From a virus: 64,000 nt of DNA. Position numbers and translations under genes: made by a program. Positions 24,912 to 35,353 of the stretch are shown piece after piece; within the stretch, counting starts at the first letter, position 1; every line of letters starts with the position of its first letter. The DNA is taken from IMG/VR virus record IMGVR_UViG_3300044911_000926, positions 2,908 through 66,907 of that record. One strand, 5' to 3'. The notes beneath the pieces are model-generated. The model did not search any database. It saw nothing but the letters and a program-made list of their open reading frames with translations, and was not told where the DNA came from.

Positions 24912-25496
24912 ATGGCTTTGCAGACCTGCGAGTCCTGTGGGAACCAGTGGCCTATCGACAAGTTCCCAGCGATCGACGACGGTGACGTTTGCGAGTATTG
25001 CTTGACTGGAGCCGACATAGCCAAGGTCAAGAAGCGACTCGAAGCACAGACGAAGGACATCGCAGATCAGTTGGTCAACGCCACAGGCTCTGTGGCTGCA
25101 ATGCCGAAGGTTAAGGACCTGATCGCAGAGATCTACAAACTCTACGGCGGTCCTACGGGGTTCGCATCCAAGTTCGTGTGGATCGTTGACCAGTTGTGCG
25201 AGCGGAAGCAGGTCCCGGCATCTGCTGCTGCGTTGATGGCACAGATCATTAAGTTGCACCTGAACGTCGAAGCGAACGATAGCGAGAGTGACATACGCAG
25301 GCTGACGGACGAGCAGATCCGCAGGGAGCAGGACTTGGCCTTCATGCAGATGTTGCTGGAGGCGTCCGGTGATCCGACCAAGATGTCCACGATCAACCAG
25401 AGTATGAAGCGATTGGGGCTGAAGATCGAGGAGACTTCGAGCGACGAGCAGTTGGAAGCGATTGCTAAGACTGTCGGCGTGGAGACTTCGATATGA
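24912..25496 (+). CDS. terS: putative terminase small subunit
   Basis: helical protein with N-terminal Zn ribbon, overlapping the TerL start. Confidence 0.45.
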   Translation: MALQTCESCGNQWPIDKFPAIDDGDVCEYCLTGADIAKVKKRLEAQTKDIADQLVNATGSVAAMPKVKDLIAEIYKLYGGPTGFASKFVWIVDQLCERKQVPASAAALMAQIIKLHLNVEANDSESDIRRLTDEQIRREQDLAFMQMLLEASGDPTKMSTINQSMKRLGLKIEETSSDEQLEAIAKTVGVETSI

Positions 25497-27256
25497 CAGA
25501 CCTCCGACGCCTAGCCGAGATCAGCATCGAGCAGAACAGGCGTGCTCGCGAGGGAGTTCGGGTCTACACTCCTTACGAGCAACAGGAGCCTATCCACAGC
25601 AGCACGGCGATCGAGTTGTTGGTGTCTGGGGGCAAGCGGAGCGGCAAGTCCGTGAGCGTTGCGATGGAGTTTGCCAGCCGTGTCACGGGCATCCCGATCA
25701 AGGACTCTACCGGCAGGGTGTTCAAGCCACGGTGGCCTATCGCAAACGAGAACTACCCGAGAATCTACTGGGTCATTGGTTATGACTTGAACCACATAGG
25801 CCAGACGATCCACAGGTTGCTGTTCCAGCCTGGCATGGGCGGTCAGTTCCGTTGTATCCGCGATGAAAAGACGGGTCTGTGGAGGGCGTTCAATCGTGCG
25901 GACAAGTCAGATGCCGCTCGGATTGGAGAATCCGATCTGACCGAACCATTGATCCCACATCGAATGATCGTTGAGGACTCTTGGGAATGGGAGGACAAGC
26001 GAGGCAACAAGTTCAAGAGTGTGCAACTCACAAACGGGGCGAAGATCTACGCATACCCGTCCACAAGTCCGCAGCCGAAGATGGGTGACGCTGTTTCTGG
26101 GATATGGATCGACGAGGACGTTGCGTTCTCTGAGCACGTCAAGGAGTGGCAGGACCGCCTGACTGATGAGAACGGGTGGCTCTTGTGGTCAGTCTGGCCA
26201 CACATGAAGAACCCTGCCTTGATCTCGCTGATCGAGCGTGCGGAACTCTGCTCGATCCAAGAGAACCCAAGGATTCAGCGGGTTCAGTTGATCATGACCA
26301 AGAACCCGTTCATATCGCAGGAGAACAAAGAAGCGTCTCTGGAGCGAATGGGAAGCGAGGAGGAGATTGCACGTCGAGACCGTGGTGAAGTCAACATGGA
26401 TGCGTACTCCATGTACACGTTCGACAATCACGTCCATTGTCTCAGGAGAAAAAACGACTCGCACATCTACGAACCCACGAGGTCCAATGCCTATCTGAAA
26501 CTGAGGAGCATCTACGAGTTGCTTGGCGAGTTGCCGAACGACTGGACTCGATACCTGATCATGGACCCTTCTCACACCCGAACAGGGATACAGTCGTGGG
26601 CCATTCCTCCGCATGAAATCGATGGTGTATTCGTCGGCAACGTGATGATCTGCGAGTGGGAGTTGGTATGTAAGCGAATGACCGCCGAGGCGATTGCACA
26701 GGCCATATTGAACAAGCGTGGATCGAAGCACTACGAGTGCCACATCATCGACAATCGGGCTGGTAGGCAGACACACGCGGGTAGAGACACGAACACGAGG
26801 ATGCACTTCTCGATGGCATTCAGGGGTGCTGGATTAGTGTCTCGCCAAACGAGTTACGACTTCATGCCTGGGTGCGACGTTCCTACGACTCGGTATCGAG
26901 CGGTCAGGAACTTGATGGAGCCTGTGGCTGGTGTAGGCATTCCGTCGCTGATGATCATTGACGACAAGTGTCCGGAGACGAAGCGTGAGTTCACCAAGTA
27001 CATGAAGAAGCGGGATTCTCGCGTCGTTGACTCCGATGCCGTGCTGGACGAGCCTGCCAATCCGAGGCTGTATGACTTGATGGCCTGCACGGAATACGCC
27101 GCAGCGCACATGGAGCAACTATTTATCGAGGGCACAGCCTACGTCGAGCCAACGCTCTACAGACGCCAGGGGTCGAGTGCGTACCGAAAAGCCATGCAGT
27201 TAATTCGAGGCCAAACCGAGGAGCAAGGTGTTGTCACGCTCGGTGCTGGAGTCTAG
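25493..27256 (+). CDS. terL: terminase large subunit
   Basis: Q-motif PYEQQ, Walker A GGKRSGKS, Walker B IWIDE, nuclease MDP...DLM. Confidence 0.92.
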   Translation: MTDLRRLAEISIEQNRRAREGVRVYTPYEQQEPIHSSTAIELLVSGGKRSGKSVSVAMEFASRVTGIPIKDSTGRVFKPRWPIANENYPRIYWVIGYDLNHIGQTIHRLLFQPGMGGQFRCIRDEKTGLWRAFNRADKSDAARIGESDLTEPLIPHRMIVEDSWEWEDKRGNKFKSVQLTNGAKIYAYPSTSPQPKMGDAVSGIWIDEDVAFSEHVKEWQDRLTDENGWLLWSVWPHMKNPALISLIERAELCSIQENPRIQRVQLIMTKNPFISQENKEASLERMGSEEEIARRDRGEVNMDAYSMYTFDNHVHCLRRKNDSHIYEPTRSNAYLKLRSIYELLGELPNDWTRYLIMDPSHTRTGIQSWAIPPHEIDGVFVGNVMICEWELVCKRMTAEAIAQAILNKRGSKHYECHIIDNRAGRQTHAGRDTNTRMHFSMAFRGAGLVSRQTSYDFMPGCDVPTTRYRAVRNLMEPVAGVGIPSLMIIDDKCPETKREFTKYMKKRDSRVVDSDAVLDEPANPRLYDLMACTEYAAAHMEQLFIEGTAYVEPTLYRRQGSSAYRKAMQLIRGQTEEQGVVTLGAGV

Positions 27257-27303
27257 TTTGTATCCGTTCAGGTTTTGTAACTTTCGTAACAATCGAGGTA
27301 ATC

Positions 27304-27732
27304 ATGTCGTCCGAAGCAATCAAGCGTCGAATCGAAGAACTGAAGCAATTGGAACAGTCGCCGTACCCGACCCCTCCGGTTGGCACGACGGTCGTCTGGT
27401 TCAATGCTGCGAGGCAGAATCCTGAGCGTCCGTTCGAGGATGCTGTTCCAGGCATTGTCAATCGAATTGACGGACCAGGACGGGTGACGCTCGTCGTGTT
27501 CCCTCCGTTCGGGATGCCGTCCCACAAGCGATCGTCGCACCACGTCTCGCACCCGATCCACCTACAGCGGGCAAACAGCGTCTCGATCGACTCCGGTTCG
27601 TGGGACTACCCGCAAGGCACCAAGCCGCCCAAAGAGCACTACCATCTCCACCTAGCAGAGTTGACTGCACAGCGAGCCGAGGCTGAACGTAACCTCGCTC
27701 ATAACGATGCGGTCACTGCGAAAACCAAGTAA
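27304..27732 (+). CDS. hypothetical protein
   Basis: GAGG RBS; PPVGTTVVWF...PGIV..SH3-like pattern. Confidence 0.75.
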   Translation: MSSEAIKRRIEELKQLEQSPYPTPPVGTTVVWFNAARQNPERPFEDAVPGIVNRIDGPGRVTLVVFPPFGMPSHKRSSHHVSHPIHLQRANSVSIDSGSWDYPQGTKPPKEHYHLHLAELTAQRAEAERNLAHNDAVTAKTK

Positions 27733-27737
27733 AGAAC

Positions 27738-29939
27738 ATGGACAAGAAGGTACTAGAATACGACTTCCTTCGACCTGTTGTCGCTGGCTGGATCTCTAAG
27801 ATCGAGAGGGCGAAAGAGGGTAGATCTCAATGGATGGAGATCGCGGAGGAATGCACGATGTTCTACGCCAATTCGGCCCAGGCGATGTGGGACCCTGAAT
27901 ACAGCAAGAAGTTCTGGAAGAACGTCAAGTTGCCAAGGTTCAGGATCACAATCAACAAGGCGTTCGAGTTGGTTGCTATCTTCGGGCCGAACCTGATGTG
28001 GGAATCTCCGCACCGGACGGTCAAGTCCAAGAGGAAGTTGCAACTCCCACCGGGGATCTTCGGTGCTGACGAACAAGGCATGATGGCCTACCAGCAGTTC
28101 CAGCAGGCCCAGCAGGCAGAGAATGCCAGGGACGAGACTATCGCAGCGCTGATGTCGGGCTGGCTGAACTACACGCCGCGAGAGATGCCTTCCGGTGGGC
28201 TTGAGGGTCACTCGGAGCGAGCGGTCATCGACGCTTTAATCAAGGGCAGAGGATGCCTAGCCCCGAGAAACTACAAGATGCCTGGTTCGGGCCGAACCCT
28301 GACCGGAGCGTTCTACATCGATCCCTACGACGTTCTGACCGATCCAGATTTCAATCAGATCGACGAGTGTCGGTGGATGGCTATCCGACACGTCCAGCCT
28401 CATTACGAAGTCGAGGAGCGATTTGGGCTAGAGCGAGGAAGTCTCAAGAACAAGTCAACGCTGGAGAGTTCGTGGTCTCACTCTGAGTGGGGTACGGACT
28501 ACGAAGGCGATGCCAGACGGCAGGCAGGTCAAACCGGAGACAACATCGTCTGGTACGAGATCTACTCCAAGGCTGGGTGTGGAGCGAGATACACGTCGAT
28601 GGAGGAAGGCATCAAGAACCACATGGAGGACGTGGTTAAGCAGTACGCCTATCTGGCGATCAGTCCTGACGTTCCGTGGCCGTTGAACATGCCCACGTCT
28701 AAGTTCCGGGCAGGAGCCACGGACGACGACGTTAGGAACGCCTTCTCGTGGCCAGTCCCACTATGGGCTGACGGCAGATGGCCGGTCGAGTTTCTTGACT
28801 TCTACCACAATCCTGAATCATCCTGGCCGATCGCACCGTTGGCTCCCGGACTGGGAGAACTCAAGTTGCTGAACTTCTTGGTCTCGTGGCTTGCCAATCG
28901 AGTGTGGACCAGCAGCCGAGACTTCTGGGCGGTGGCCTCTCCGCACGTCGAGCACTACCGCGACTACTTGATGAACGGCGAGGATCAGCAGATCATCCCG
29001 ACACCGTTCGGGGTAGACGACATCAGTAAGGCGATCACCGTCCTGCAGCAGCCGGAAACCAGACAGGACATGTCCAAGTTGATCGCGTTCATTTCGGACA
29101 TGTTCGACAAGCGGGTTGGGCTAACCCAGTTCGTCTACGGACTGAACCAAGACGGGACGCAGAACCGAACAGCCGAGGAGACGGTCGCCAAGTCCCGTGC
29201 CGTGTCTGCTCGCCCGGAGTTCATGCAGAAGCAGGTGGTTAAATGGCAGGGCAGGGCCGCCCAGAGCGAAGCATTCGTGACCCGATGGTTCGTCCGGGGC
29301 GAGGACGTGGCTCCGATGTTCGGCCAGTACGGCGCAGCGTTGTGGGACCAGTTGATCGTCAATACGGACGTGGAACTGGTGACTCGCCAGTTCGAGTACA
29401 CGATCGAGTCGGCCTCGATCCGTAGGCCAAACCGAGACCGAGACATCGCCAACTTCCAGCAGATTGCCGGGATGTTCCTGCCGATCATGCAGCAGTACGG
29501 AGCGGCGTCCGGAAACTACGAACCGTTCAACTTCCTGATGCGGAAGTGGGCTGAGTACCACGATGCGGACCTTGAGGGTGCAGAGATTCCTCCTCCGCAG
29601 GAACCTGACCCGATGCAGGCAGAGATGCAGCAGAGGATGCAGCAAGCCCAGTTGGCACAGGTCGAGGCCGATGCCCAGAAGTCCGCAGCGGAGGCACAGG
29701 CCGCAATGGCGTCAGGCCAGATGTCTGAGGCAGAACTTGCAATTGAGGCCCAGAAGGCCCAGATGCAGATGGAAGCCGACGCAGCCAAGAACCAACTGGA
29801 ACTTCGCTCGGGCGAAGCCAGGACCCTCTCGGAGATCCTCCAGGGTCAGGCCAAGCACATGGCGATGATGCAGCAGGGGCGAGAGATCCATGAAGCGAAA
29901 CTCCGACAGGCACAACAGATGCCAAGGAAAGCACAATGA
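27738..29939 (+). CDS. portal protein (P22-like, Q-rich C-terminal barrel)
   Basis: 733 aa after TerL; DALIKGRG, IDPYD...DPD, RTAEE and QAQ-rich coiled tail. Confidence 0.88.
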   Translation: MDKKVLEYDFLRPVVAGWISKIERAKEGRSQWMEIAEECTMFYANSAQAMWDPEYSKKFWKNVKLPRFRITINKAFELVAIFGPNLMWESPHRTVKSKRKLQLPPGIFGADEQGMMAYQQFQQAQQAENARDETIAALMSGWLNYTPREMPSGGLEGHSERAVIDALIKGRGCLAPRNYKMPGSGRTLTGAFYIDPYDVLTDPDFNQIDECRWMAIRHVQPHYEVEERFGLERGSLKNKSTLESSWSHSEWGTDYEGDARRQAGQTGDNIVWYEIYSKAGCGARYTSMEEGIKNHMEDVVKQYAYLAISPDVPWPLNMPTSKFRAGATDDDVRNAFSWPVPLWADGRWPVEFLDFYHNPESSWPIAPLAPGLGELKLLNFLVSWLANRVWTSSRDFWAVASPHVEHYRDYLMNGEDQQIIPTPFGVDDISKAITVLQQPETRQDMSKLIAFISDMFDKRVGLTQFVYGLNQDGTQNRTAEETVAKSRAVSARPEFMQKQVVKWQGRAAQSEAFVTRWFVRGEDVAPMFGQYGAALWDQLIVNTDVELVTRQFEYTIESASIRRPNRDRDIANFQQIAGMFLPIMQQYGAASGNYEPFNFLMRKWAEYHDADLEGAEIPPPQEPDPMQAEMQQRMQQAQLAQVEADAQKSAAEAQAAMASGQMSEAELAIEAQKAQMQMEADAAKNQLELRSGEARTLSEILQGQAKHMAMMQQGREIHEAKLRQAQQMPRKAQ

Positions 29940-30625
29940 GAAAGTCAGCCAAGAAGTTTTACAGCGAGTTCATCAAGTCCAACCCAGACTGGATAGAGTT
30001 CAGGGACCTATTGCTCGCACCACCGGACGCTGAGGAAATCCTGAAAGGCTACCCGGACGCAGACCGGGAGTTGCTGTCTCGCTGCATGGAGCCGCTGACC
30101 GGGATCGTCACCCGTGGGGCACAGTACCTACGGATGAGGATGTCCGGGGAAGGTGACAAATTGGCTTCGATGGTGTCGCTACGGAAGGGTCCGGTGCTCT
30201 CGACGGACGATACGTTCTTCCAGGGGATGCAGCCACTGTACGAGCAATTCGGCAGCCAGAAGGCGCTGGACAGGAACCTTCAGGCCAGCAAGCGACACGG
30301 GTTCGTCCCAGACAAGAACGCGGTTTACTTCCCAAACCTTGCCCGATTCAAGGGCGATCCAGAGGCATACGTCTCTCGGGCACAGGGTCGGTCGTATATC
30401 AAGAAACTCTTGGACAAGCGGGGTTGGTCGTCAGAGGGCGGCGTTCGAGCCACTGGCAGGCAGCCTGACAAGGACCCGCTAGACCCGAAAAACTGCGTTC
30501 CGTTGGCAGACGACATTGTCAAGCAGTATGCTGATAAGATGATCAAGCAGGACCCGTCGCTCAAACGACTGAAGAAGTCAGAGTTGCGGGAGAAAGTCAT
30601 TGCCAAACACGGACCTCAGAGGTAG
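29936..30625 (+). CDS. hypothetical protein
   Basis: ATGA overlap with the portal gene. Confidence 0.8.
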   Translation: MRKSAKKFYSEFIKSNPDWIEFRDLLLAPPDAEEILKGYPDADRELLSRCMEPLTGIVTRGAQYLRMRMSGEGDKLASMVSLRKGPVLSTDDTFFQGMQPLYEQFGSQKALDRNLQASKRHGFVPDKNAVYFPNLARFKGDPEAYVSRAQGRSYIKKLLDKRGWSSEGGVRATGRQPDKDPLDPKNCVPLADDIVKQYADKMIKQDPSLKRLKKSELREKVIAKHGPQR

Positions 30626-30627
30626 CC

Positions 30628-30912
30628 ATGCCATTGTCAGTTTATGCTCGTCGCCGACTTGCTTACGGACTCAAGTCGGAGGCTGCCGGAGACGACGTTG
30701 CCGATGTCGTCGATGCCGGTAGCGGAACCCTGAAAACGGATACCGCTCGAAGGCTTCAGTTCATGTCTGCCAACCGAGCGATCGGGTTGGGGATCGAGAC
30801 TGCGGTCGAAGCCGGTACTGCATTGTCAGGCCAGCAGCAGACGATCCTCGGGATGATCTGCAACAGTCGACCAGCCGCTGCCGAGATTGCAGCAGCGTTG
30901 GCTGCACCATGA
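30628..30912 (+). CDS. hypothetical (virion?) protein
   Basis: GAGG RBS; internal duplication pattern. Confidence 0.7.
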   Translation: MPLSVYARRRLAYGLKSEAAGDDVADVVDAGSGTLKTDTARRLQFMSANRAIGLGIETAVEAGTALSGQQQTILGMICNSRPAAAEIAAALAAP

Positions 30913-31412
30913 GGCTAGCCATTCTGCTGGTCCTGCTGACACCGTGGGCTGCTCGGGCACAACAACCCGGGCAGCCCGTTGTCTTTGCGGTTGGAGGGCT
31001 AGGAACGCCCATCTCAAGCCACTTGCCAGGAGTTAGGCACTTTCGGCCGCTGCTCGATGCCAAGCGATTAGAGGCGGCAATTCGGAGCCATAACGGACCC
31101 GTCACGATCGTCGGGTTCTCGTTCGGAGCAAGGCGAGCAATCGAGATGGGGAAGTACGACAATGTTGTCGCTATTCACGCCCATTCTCCGGGTGGACCGA
31201 TTCAGTTTCCGAGATCGACTTCAGCCAAGGTCACGATCTACCGGACCCAAGGAGACAGGCTGACGTACCGATCCAGCGGTCAGGCCTACGAAACGCTCAA
31301 GCGATCGGGAGCATCGGTGTCGATCAGGGAATATCCTGCAACTGGATTCCCGAATCATCAGTTCCGAAACGCAATTCACGACATAAACTTCGCCATTAAA
31401 ACCGGACGTTAG
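30909..31412 (+). CDS. secreted alpha/beta hydrolase
   Basis: signal peptide; GFSFG nucleophile elbow, D and H triad candidates. Confidence 0.7.
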   Translation: MRLAILLVLLTPWAARAQQPGQPVVFAVGGLGTPISSHLPGVRHFRPLLDAKRLEAAIRSHNGPVTIVGFSFGARRAIEMGKYDNVVAIHAHSPGGPIQFPRSTSAKVTIYRTQGDRLTYRSSGQAYETLKRSGASVSIREYPATGFPNHQFRNAIHDINFAIKTGR

Positions 31413-31511
31413 TTTCGTGAATTGATTGACACGAACTGGACAGACACTTATCCTCATGTTGAGTCGGGCACAACCGTTGCCCGAGGATGCTTCTCAAACA
31501 TCGGGAATATC

Positions 31512-31919
31512 ATGTTCAGATTGCTCTTGGCCTTGATCTTGGCCTGTACGGCTTGCTCTGCGATTGCTCAAGACAGTGTCGTTCTACAGCCTCAAGTCAC
31601 GGAAAATCCACAGATCTTCGGCGACAACCAATTCAGCGACGATCGACTCGAAGTGCTGCTCAGTCAAGCGATCAAGGATGCAGACATCTCGGAGTTCAAG
31701 CGAGGTCGCCTAGAGCGGATCATGAAAGGGAATGGTCCTCTGCGAAAGATGCAGAAGAAGGCCATCATGGAGCGAGCTAGAGCGGAACTGGTCGAGTCCG
31801 ATGCGATCGGAGTGGATGACAGCGGGAACGTTATTGCCGCCATCGACTGGAACGCAATCCTCAAAATCCTGATAGAGCAGGTTCTGCCGATCATCCTCAA
31901 GTTGTTAATAGGAGTGTGA
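31512..31919 (+). CDS. secreted/membrane protein
   Basis: signal peptide; C-terminal amphipathic IDWNAILKILIEQVLPIILKLL. Confidence 0.75.
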   Translation: MFRLLLALILACTACSAIAQDSVVLQPQVTENPQIFGDNQFSDDRLEVLLSQAIKDADISEFKRGRLERIMKGNGPLRKMQKKAIMERARAELVESDAIGVDDSGNVIAAIDWNAILKILIEQVLPIILKLLIGV

Positions 31920-31938
31920 TGCGACCCCGGGGTCGCAT
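31919..31938. repeat. perfect 20-bp palindrome ATGCGACCCCGGGGTCGCAT, copy 4
   Basis: exact, at the stop codon/intergenic boundary. Confidence 0.95.
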
Positions 31939-31983
31939 TGTGCATACCGCCTAAACCTCCAAGCTTAACAACAGAAGGTCATC

Positions 31984-32700
31984 ATGCTCCGGTTCCTGTC
32001 AGTCTTGCTGCTCTTGCCTTCGGTCTGCTTCGCACAGGCCAAGGCTGTCGTCGACGGTCCAACTCAGGCAGAGCCCGGAGACCTCGTCGTGATCAACGCC
32101 GAGCCTTCTGTCGGGGAAGGCTTCCGGTTCGTTGTTGACGAGCGGTTGGTGGGTCGATCGTTCGTGTTCGGGAAGCAGGTCATCTTTGCAACTCGAACGC
32201 CAGGAACGTATCGCGTTCAGGTTATTGTTGCTGACAGGACAGCGAACATCGACCAAGCCTCTGTCGCGGTGAAGATTGGAGAGGAGTTACCTCCGGAGCC
32301 GCCGAAGCCTCCAGGGCCACCAAAGCCTCCCCCGTTGCCTCCGGTTGACGTAGACCCGAATATCCGCCAGACGCTCACCAATGGCTTCTCTGCACGCAAG
32401 GCTGACGCTGCAATCTGGTCTGGGATGCTTCTTGGCATGGCTCGTGTCATAGAGCAGGATGCGACCAAGGCTTCCGGTCCAAGGCTCAAGACGATGGGCG
32501 ACATCGACCGTCTTAGGGAGTTGATAGTCCGAGCACCTTCACAGCCAGTCAGTGGAGGCGACGTGATTGGGTCTGCAATTGGACCAGCCTTCGCTGCGTT
32601 AGGTTCAGCAGGCGATCAGGTCGATCAATCCGGACGCAGGCTTGCGATCGCAAAGGTGCTCCTCGGCTCAGCCGCAGTTCTCGACGAGGTAAGCCGATGA
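31984..32700 (+). CDS. secreted protein, Ig/PKD-like domain with Pro linker
   Basis: signal peptide; PGTYRVQV; PPEPPKPPGPP linker. Confidence 0.75.
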   Translation: MLRFLSVLLLLPSVCFAQAKAVVDGPTQAEPGDLVVINAEPSVGEGFRFVVDERLVGRSFVFGKQVIFATRTPGTYRVQVIVADRTANIDQASVAVKIGEELPPEPPKPPGPPKPPPLPPVDVDPNIRQTLTNGFSARKADAAIWSGMLLGMARVIEQDATKASGPRLKTMGDIDRLRELIVRAPSQPVSGGDVIGSAIGPAFAALGSAGDQVDQSGRRLAIAKVLLGSAAVLDEVSR

Positions 32701-33695
32701 GTATGGACATCCTGAACAAGCCACAAGGCTGGGTTCCCAATCCGGAAGGCGTCGAGCGAATCCTTGACGATCCTTTGACAGCGGTCAATCGGATGACGCA
32801 GGAGCAGAGGGTCGCCCTCGACGGACTTCGGTTCCGTGGAACCAAGAGAACGTTCCTGCTGACGGACGCACTGCTCAAACTAGAGCCAGGGTGGAAGCGT
32901 TTTGCACAAGGCATTGGCGACTGCGTCTCGTGGGGCTGGGAGATTGCTGGGACTCTGGTCGTGGCGGTGGACATCGTCACCAAGTCGGTGAGCATCGAAT
33001 GGCCTGGCGTCATGGCGACCGAACCGATCTACGGCGGATCGAGGGTCGAGGCTGTCGGCAAGAGTCGCGGTGGATGGAGCGACGGATCTTACGGCGCTGC
33101 TGCTGCCAAATGGGCTAGCAAGTGGGGCTACATCGCTCGCCAAGACTACTCGAAGTTCACCGGAATCAACGAGCACAATCTGGTTCGCTACGACGCCAAG
33201 AAGGCCAAGAACTGGGGGAACTTTGGATGCGGCGGCGAGCGAGATGAGGGGAAGCTCGATGCCATCGCCAAGAAGTATCCTGCTCGTGAAGTCATTCAGG
33301 TCAAGACGTTCGACGATGCAGTCCGGATGCTTGAGTCGGGATATGCGATCGCAGTCTGCTCGAACGTCGGGTTCGACGGCAAGAGGCGAAGCGACGGATT
33401 CAAGGATGCCAGGGGGACTTGGTATCACTGCATGACGTTCTTCGGCGTCAAGTACAACGACGACGGAGAGGCCATAGCCGTGGCCTGTATGCAGTCTTGG
33501 GGCAACTCCGAAGGCGAGGATAACGCTGCCGAGTTCGGAGCCAATCCGGAGGTAGCCAAGTGCTCTTGGTGGGTCAGTCGATCGACAGCTAACAGGATGC
33601 TCTCTCAAGGCGATAGTTACGCCGTGACGGGCATCAACGGATTCCAACCACGAATCATCAATTGGAGCACGGGATGGGAAGTCACTGGACAATGA
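32697..33695 (+). CDS. papain-like (C1) cysteine peptidase
   Basis: QGIGDCVSW (catalytic Cys), WYHCM (His), QSWG. Confidence 0.85.
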   Translation: MSMDILNKPQGWVPNPEGVERILDDPLTAVNRMTQEQRVALDGLRFRGTKRTFLLTDALLKLEPGWKRFAQGIGDCVSWGWEIAGTLVVAVDIVTKSVSIEWPGVMATEPIYGGSRVEAVGKSRGGWSDGSYGAAAAKWASKWGYIARQDYSKFTGINEHNLVRYDAKKAKNWGNFGCGGERDEGKLDAIAKKYPAREVIQVKTFDDAVRMLESGYAIAVCSNVGFDGKRRSDGFKDARGTWYHCMTFFGVKYNDDGEAIAVACMQSWGNSEGEDNAAEFGANPEVAKCSWWVSRSTANRMLSQGDSYAVTGINGFQPRIINWSTGWEVTGQ

Positions 33696-34210
33696 GAGTC
33701 GTAGCAGCGATCATCGCCTTCGCGTTGACGTACTTGTCATCGATTGCGATCGGGCAACAGCCGACAGGTCAGTCGATGGGATGGGCATGGGCACTCGTTG
33801 GCGCTACAGGTCTTGAGCAGTCACCTGCTCCCGATCCAGCACCTAGCCCATCTGGGAAGTGCGAGAACTGCAATGGCACAGGAAGGGTTGGGGACGGAGT
33901 TGTCTCGGCGGTGTGCCAAGAGTGTGGTGGCGATGGGATCGTTGGACAGCCACCAACACCGACTCCATCAAGGCCGCTGGGCAAGGTCACTGTCACGACC
34001 ATACCAGGCTGTCCTCCGTGCGAGAGGCTCAAAAAGGAGACGTTGCCAGCCCTGAAGCAGCAGGGATATGACATTGGTCCTGTCAGGGAGGTTTCAGCCG
34101 AAGGGTTTCTCGGAGCAGCGCCAAGGATCGAGATCGAGTATCGGGGGAGGAAAATCACATACACTGGCTTTATGAGCGCCGATACCTTCCACGATTTAAT
34201 CGGGAGATAG
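33692..34210 (+). CDS. secreted protein with DnaJ-type Zn finger and thioredoxin-like CxxC
   Basis: CENCNGTG...CQECGGDG; CPPCERLK. Confidence 0.75.
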   Translation: MRVVAAIIAFALTYLSSIAIGQQPTGQSMGWAWALVGATGLEQSPAPDPAPSPSGKCENCNGTGRVGDGVVSAVCQECGGDGIVGQPPTPTPSRPLGKVTVTTIPGCPPCERLKKETLPALKQQGYDIGPVREVSAEGFLGAAPRIEIEYRGRKITYTGFMSADTFHDLIGR

Positions 34211-34211
34211 T

Positions 34212-34520
34212 TTGATGCAAGAGGTCCCTACTTCTCCTCCGGAAACTGTCGAAGGATTCTGGGAGTGGATCGGCTGGTTGGTCGGCGGTGCCTCTGTCGG
34301 AGTGAGTACGATAGTGGGCCACTTGTACAAGTCCAATGTCTCTCTGATGAGGGATCGAATCGAAGAACTTGCCAACGACAATTCCGAGCGAAAGAAAGTA
34401 ATCGACGATCTGACCAAGGCCACGATCGACTGTGAAAAGCACAGGGCAAGGCTGGAAGAAAAGTGCAACAATAACGAGGATCGCATCAAGAAACTTGAGG
34501 ACCAGTTGAAACTGCAATGA
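34212..34520 (+). CDS. membrane-anchored coiled-coil protein (holin/spanin-like candidate)
   Basis: one TM segment plus coiled coil. Confidence 0.55.
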   Translation: MMQEVPTSPPETVEGFWEWIGWLVGGASVGVSTIVGHLYKSNVSLMRDRIEELANDNSERKKVIDDLTKATIDCEKHRARLEEKCNNNEDRIKKLEDQLKLQ

Positions 34521-34637
34521 ACATAGTACAAGTTGTCTACGAATGGGTTTTTGAGCCGTTGCTTTCAGCACCGACTTACGACATGAATCCAATCAATCTT
34601 ATGTTAAAGATGCTTCATTGGTGGAAAGGGGAGGATC

Positions 34638-34895
34638 ATGCAGCAGCAGAGCCAGTCGAGCCCGGAACTCTATGAGGAGTTGTCGCGAGCATCCAGCGGT
34701 GACTTGACGGCGATCTGGTATATCGGCCTGTCGATTTTCCTATTCTGCCTTCTTTGTAACCTTGGCCGTCGATTCTCACGAGTCGAACAGAGGCTCTACG
34801 ATCTTGAGTCTATGTGTTCTGATCAGTTGATTATCAACGATTGTGTTAAATCAAGGATTGACTGCTTGAGGAAGCAGGAGAACAAAAAAGAATGA
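34638..34895 (+). CDS. single-TM protein
   Basis: GGAGG RBS; hydrophobic segment. Confidence 0.55.
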   Translation: MQQQSQSSPELYEELSRASSGDLTAIWYIGLSIFLFCLLCNLGRRFSRVEQRLYDLESMCSDQLIINDCVKSRIDCLRKQENKKE

Positions 34896-35353
34896 ATGAC
34901 ATATCTCCTCTGGTCCAAGAGTTGAGCAATCCAGAATACGCACTTCTTACTGATGCGGAGGCTGCGGAAAAGGTCAACAAGAAGTCAGTTTTAATTAGGA
35001 ATGAAGTTAGCACTTCGGTTCTAAAAAGGTGGCTAATCGAGAGTGGTCTTTGGTCAGCAATCCGCATGGCAGGAATTGATCAACAGTCTCCGAGGGAAAT
35101 TAGAGGAGTGTGTCTGTCGATTATTGACTGGGTTGACGACTCATCTGGCAAGGTTCAGTCGGTCGACCTAGATCGTCAAAGCGTAGTTTCGATGATTGAC
35201 GCGATTGTCGACTTTGGACTTGCAACTCAATCCCAAGCGTCGGAGTTCATGGCCCTTGGTAACTCAACGATACCTTGGACATTGCACAACGGGCTTCCTG
35301 AAGTCGGAATCGGCCTAGTGATCAACGCCCGAAAGCAGATGGGTGAAAAATAA
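34892..35353 (+). CDS. hypothetical protein
   Basis: GGAG RBS, ATGA overlap. Confidence 0.75.
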   Translation: MNDISPLVQELSNPEYALLTDAEAAEKVNKKSVLIRNEVSTSVLKRWLIESGLWSAIRMAGIDQQSPREIRGVCLSIIDWVDDSSGKVQSVDLDRQSVVSMIDAIVDFGLATQSQASEFMALGNSTIPWTLHNGLPEVGIGLVINARKQMGEK

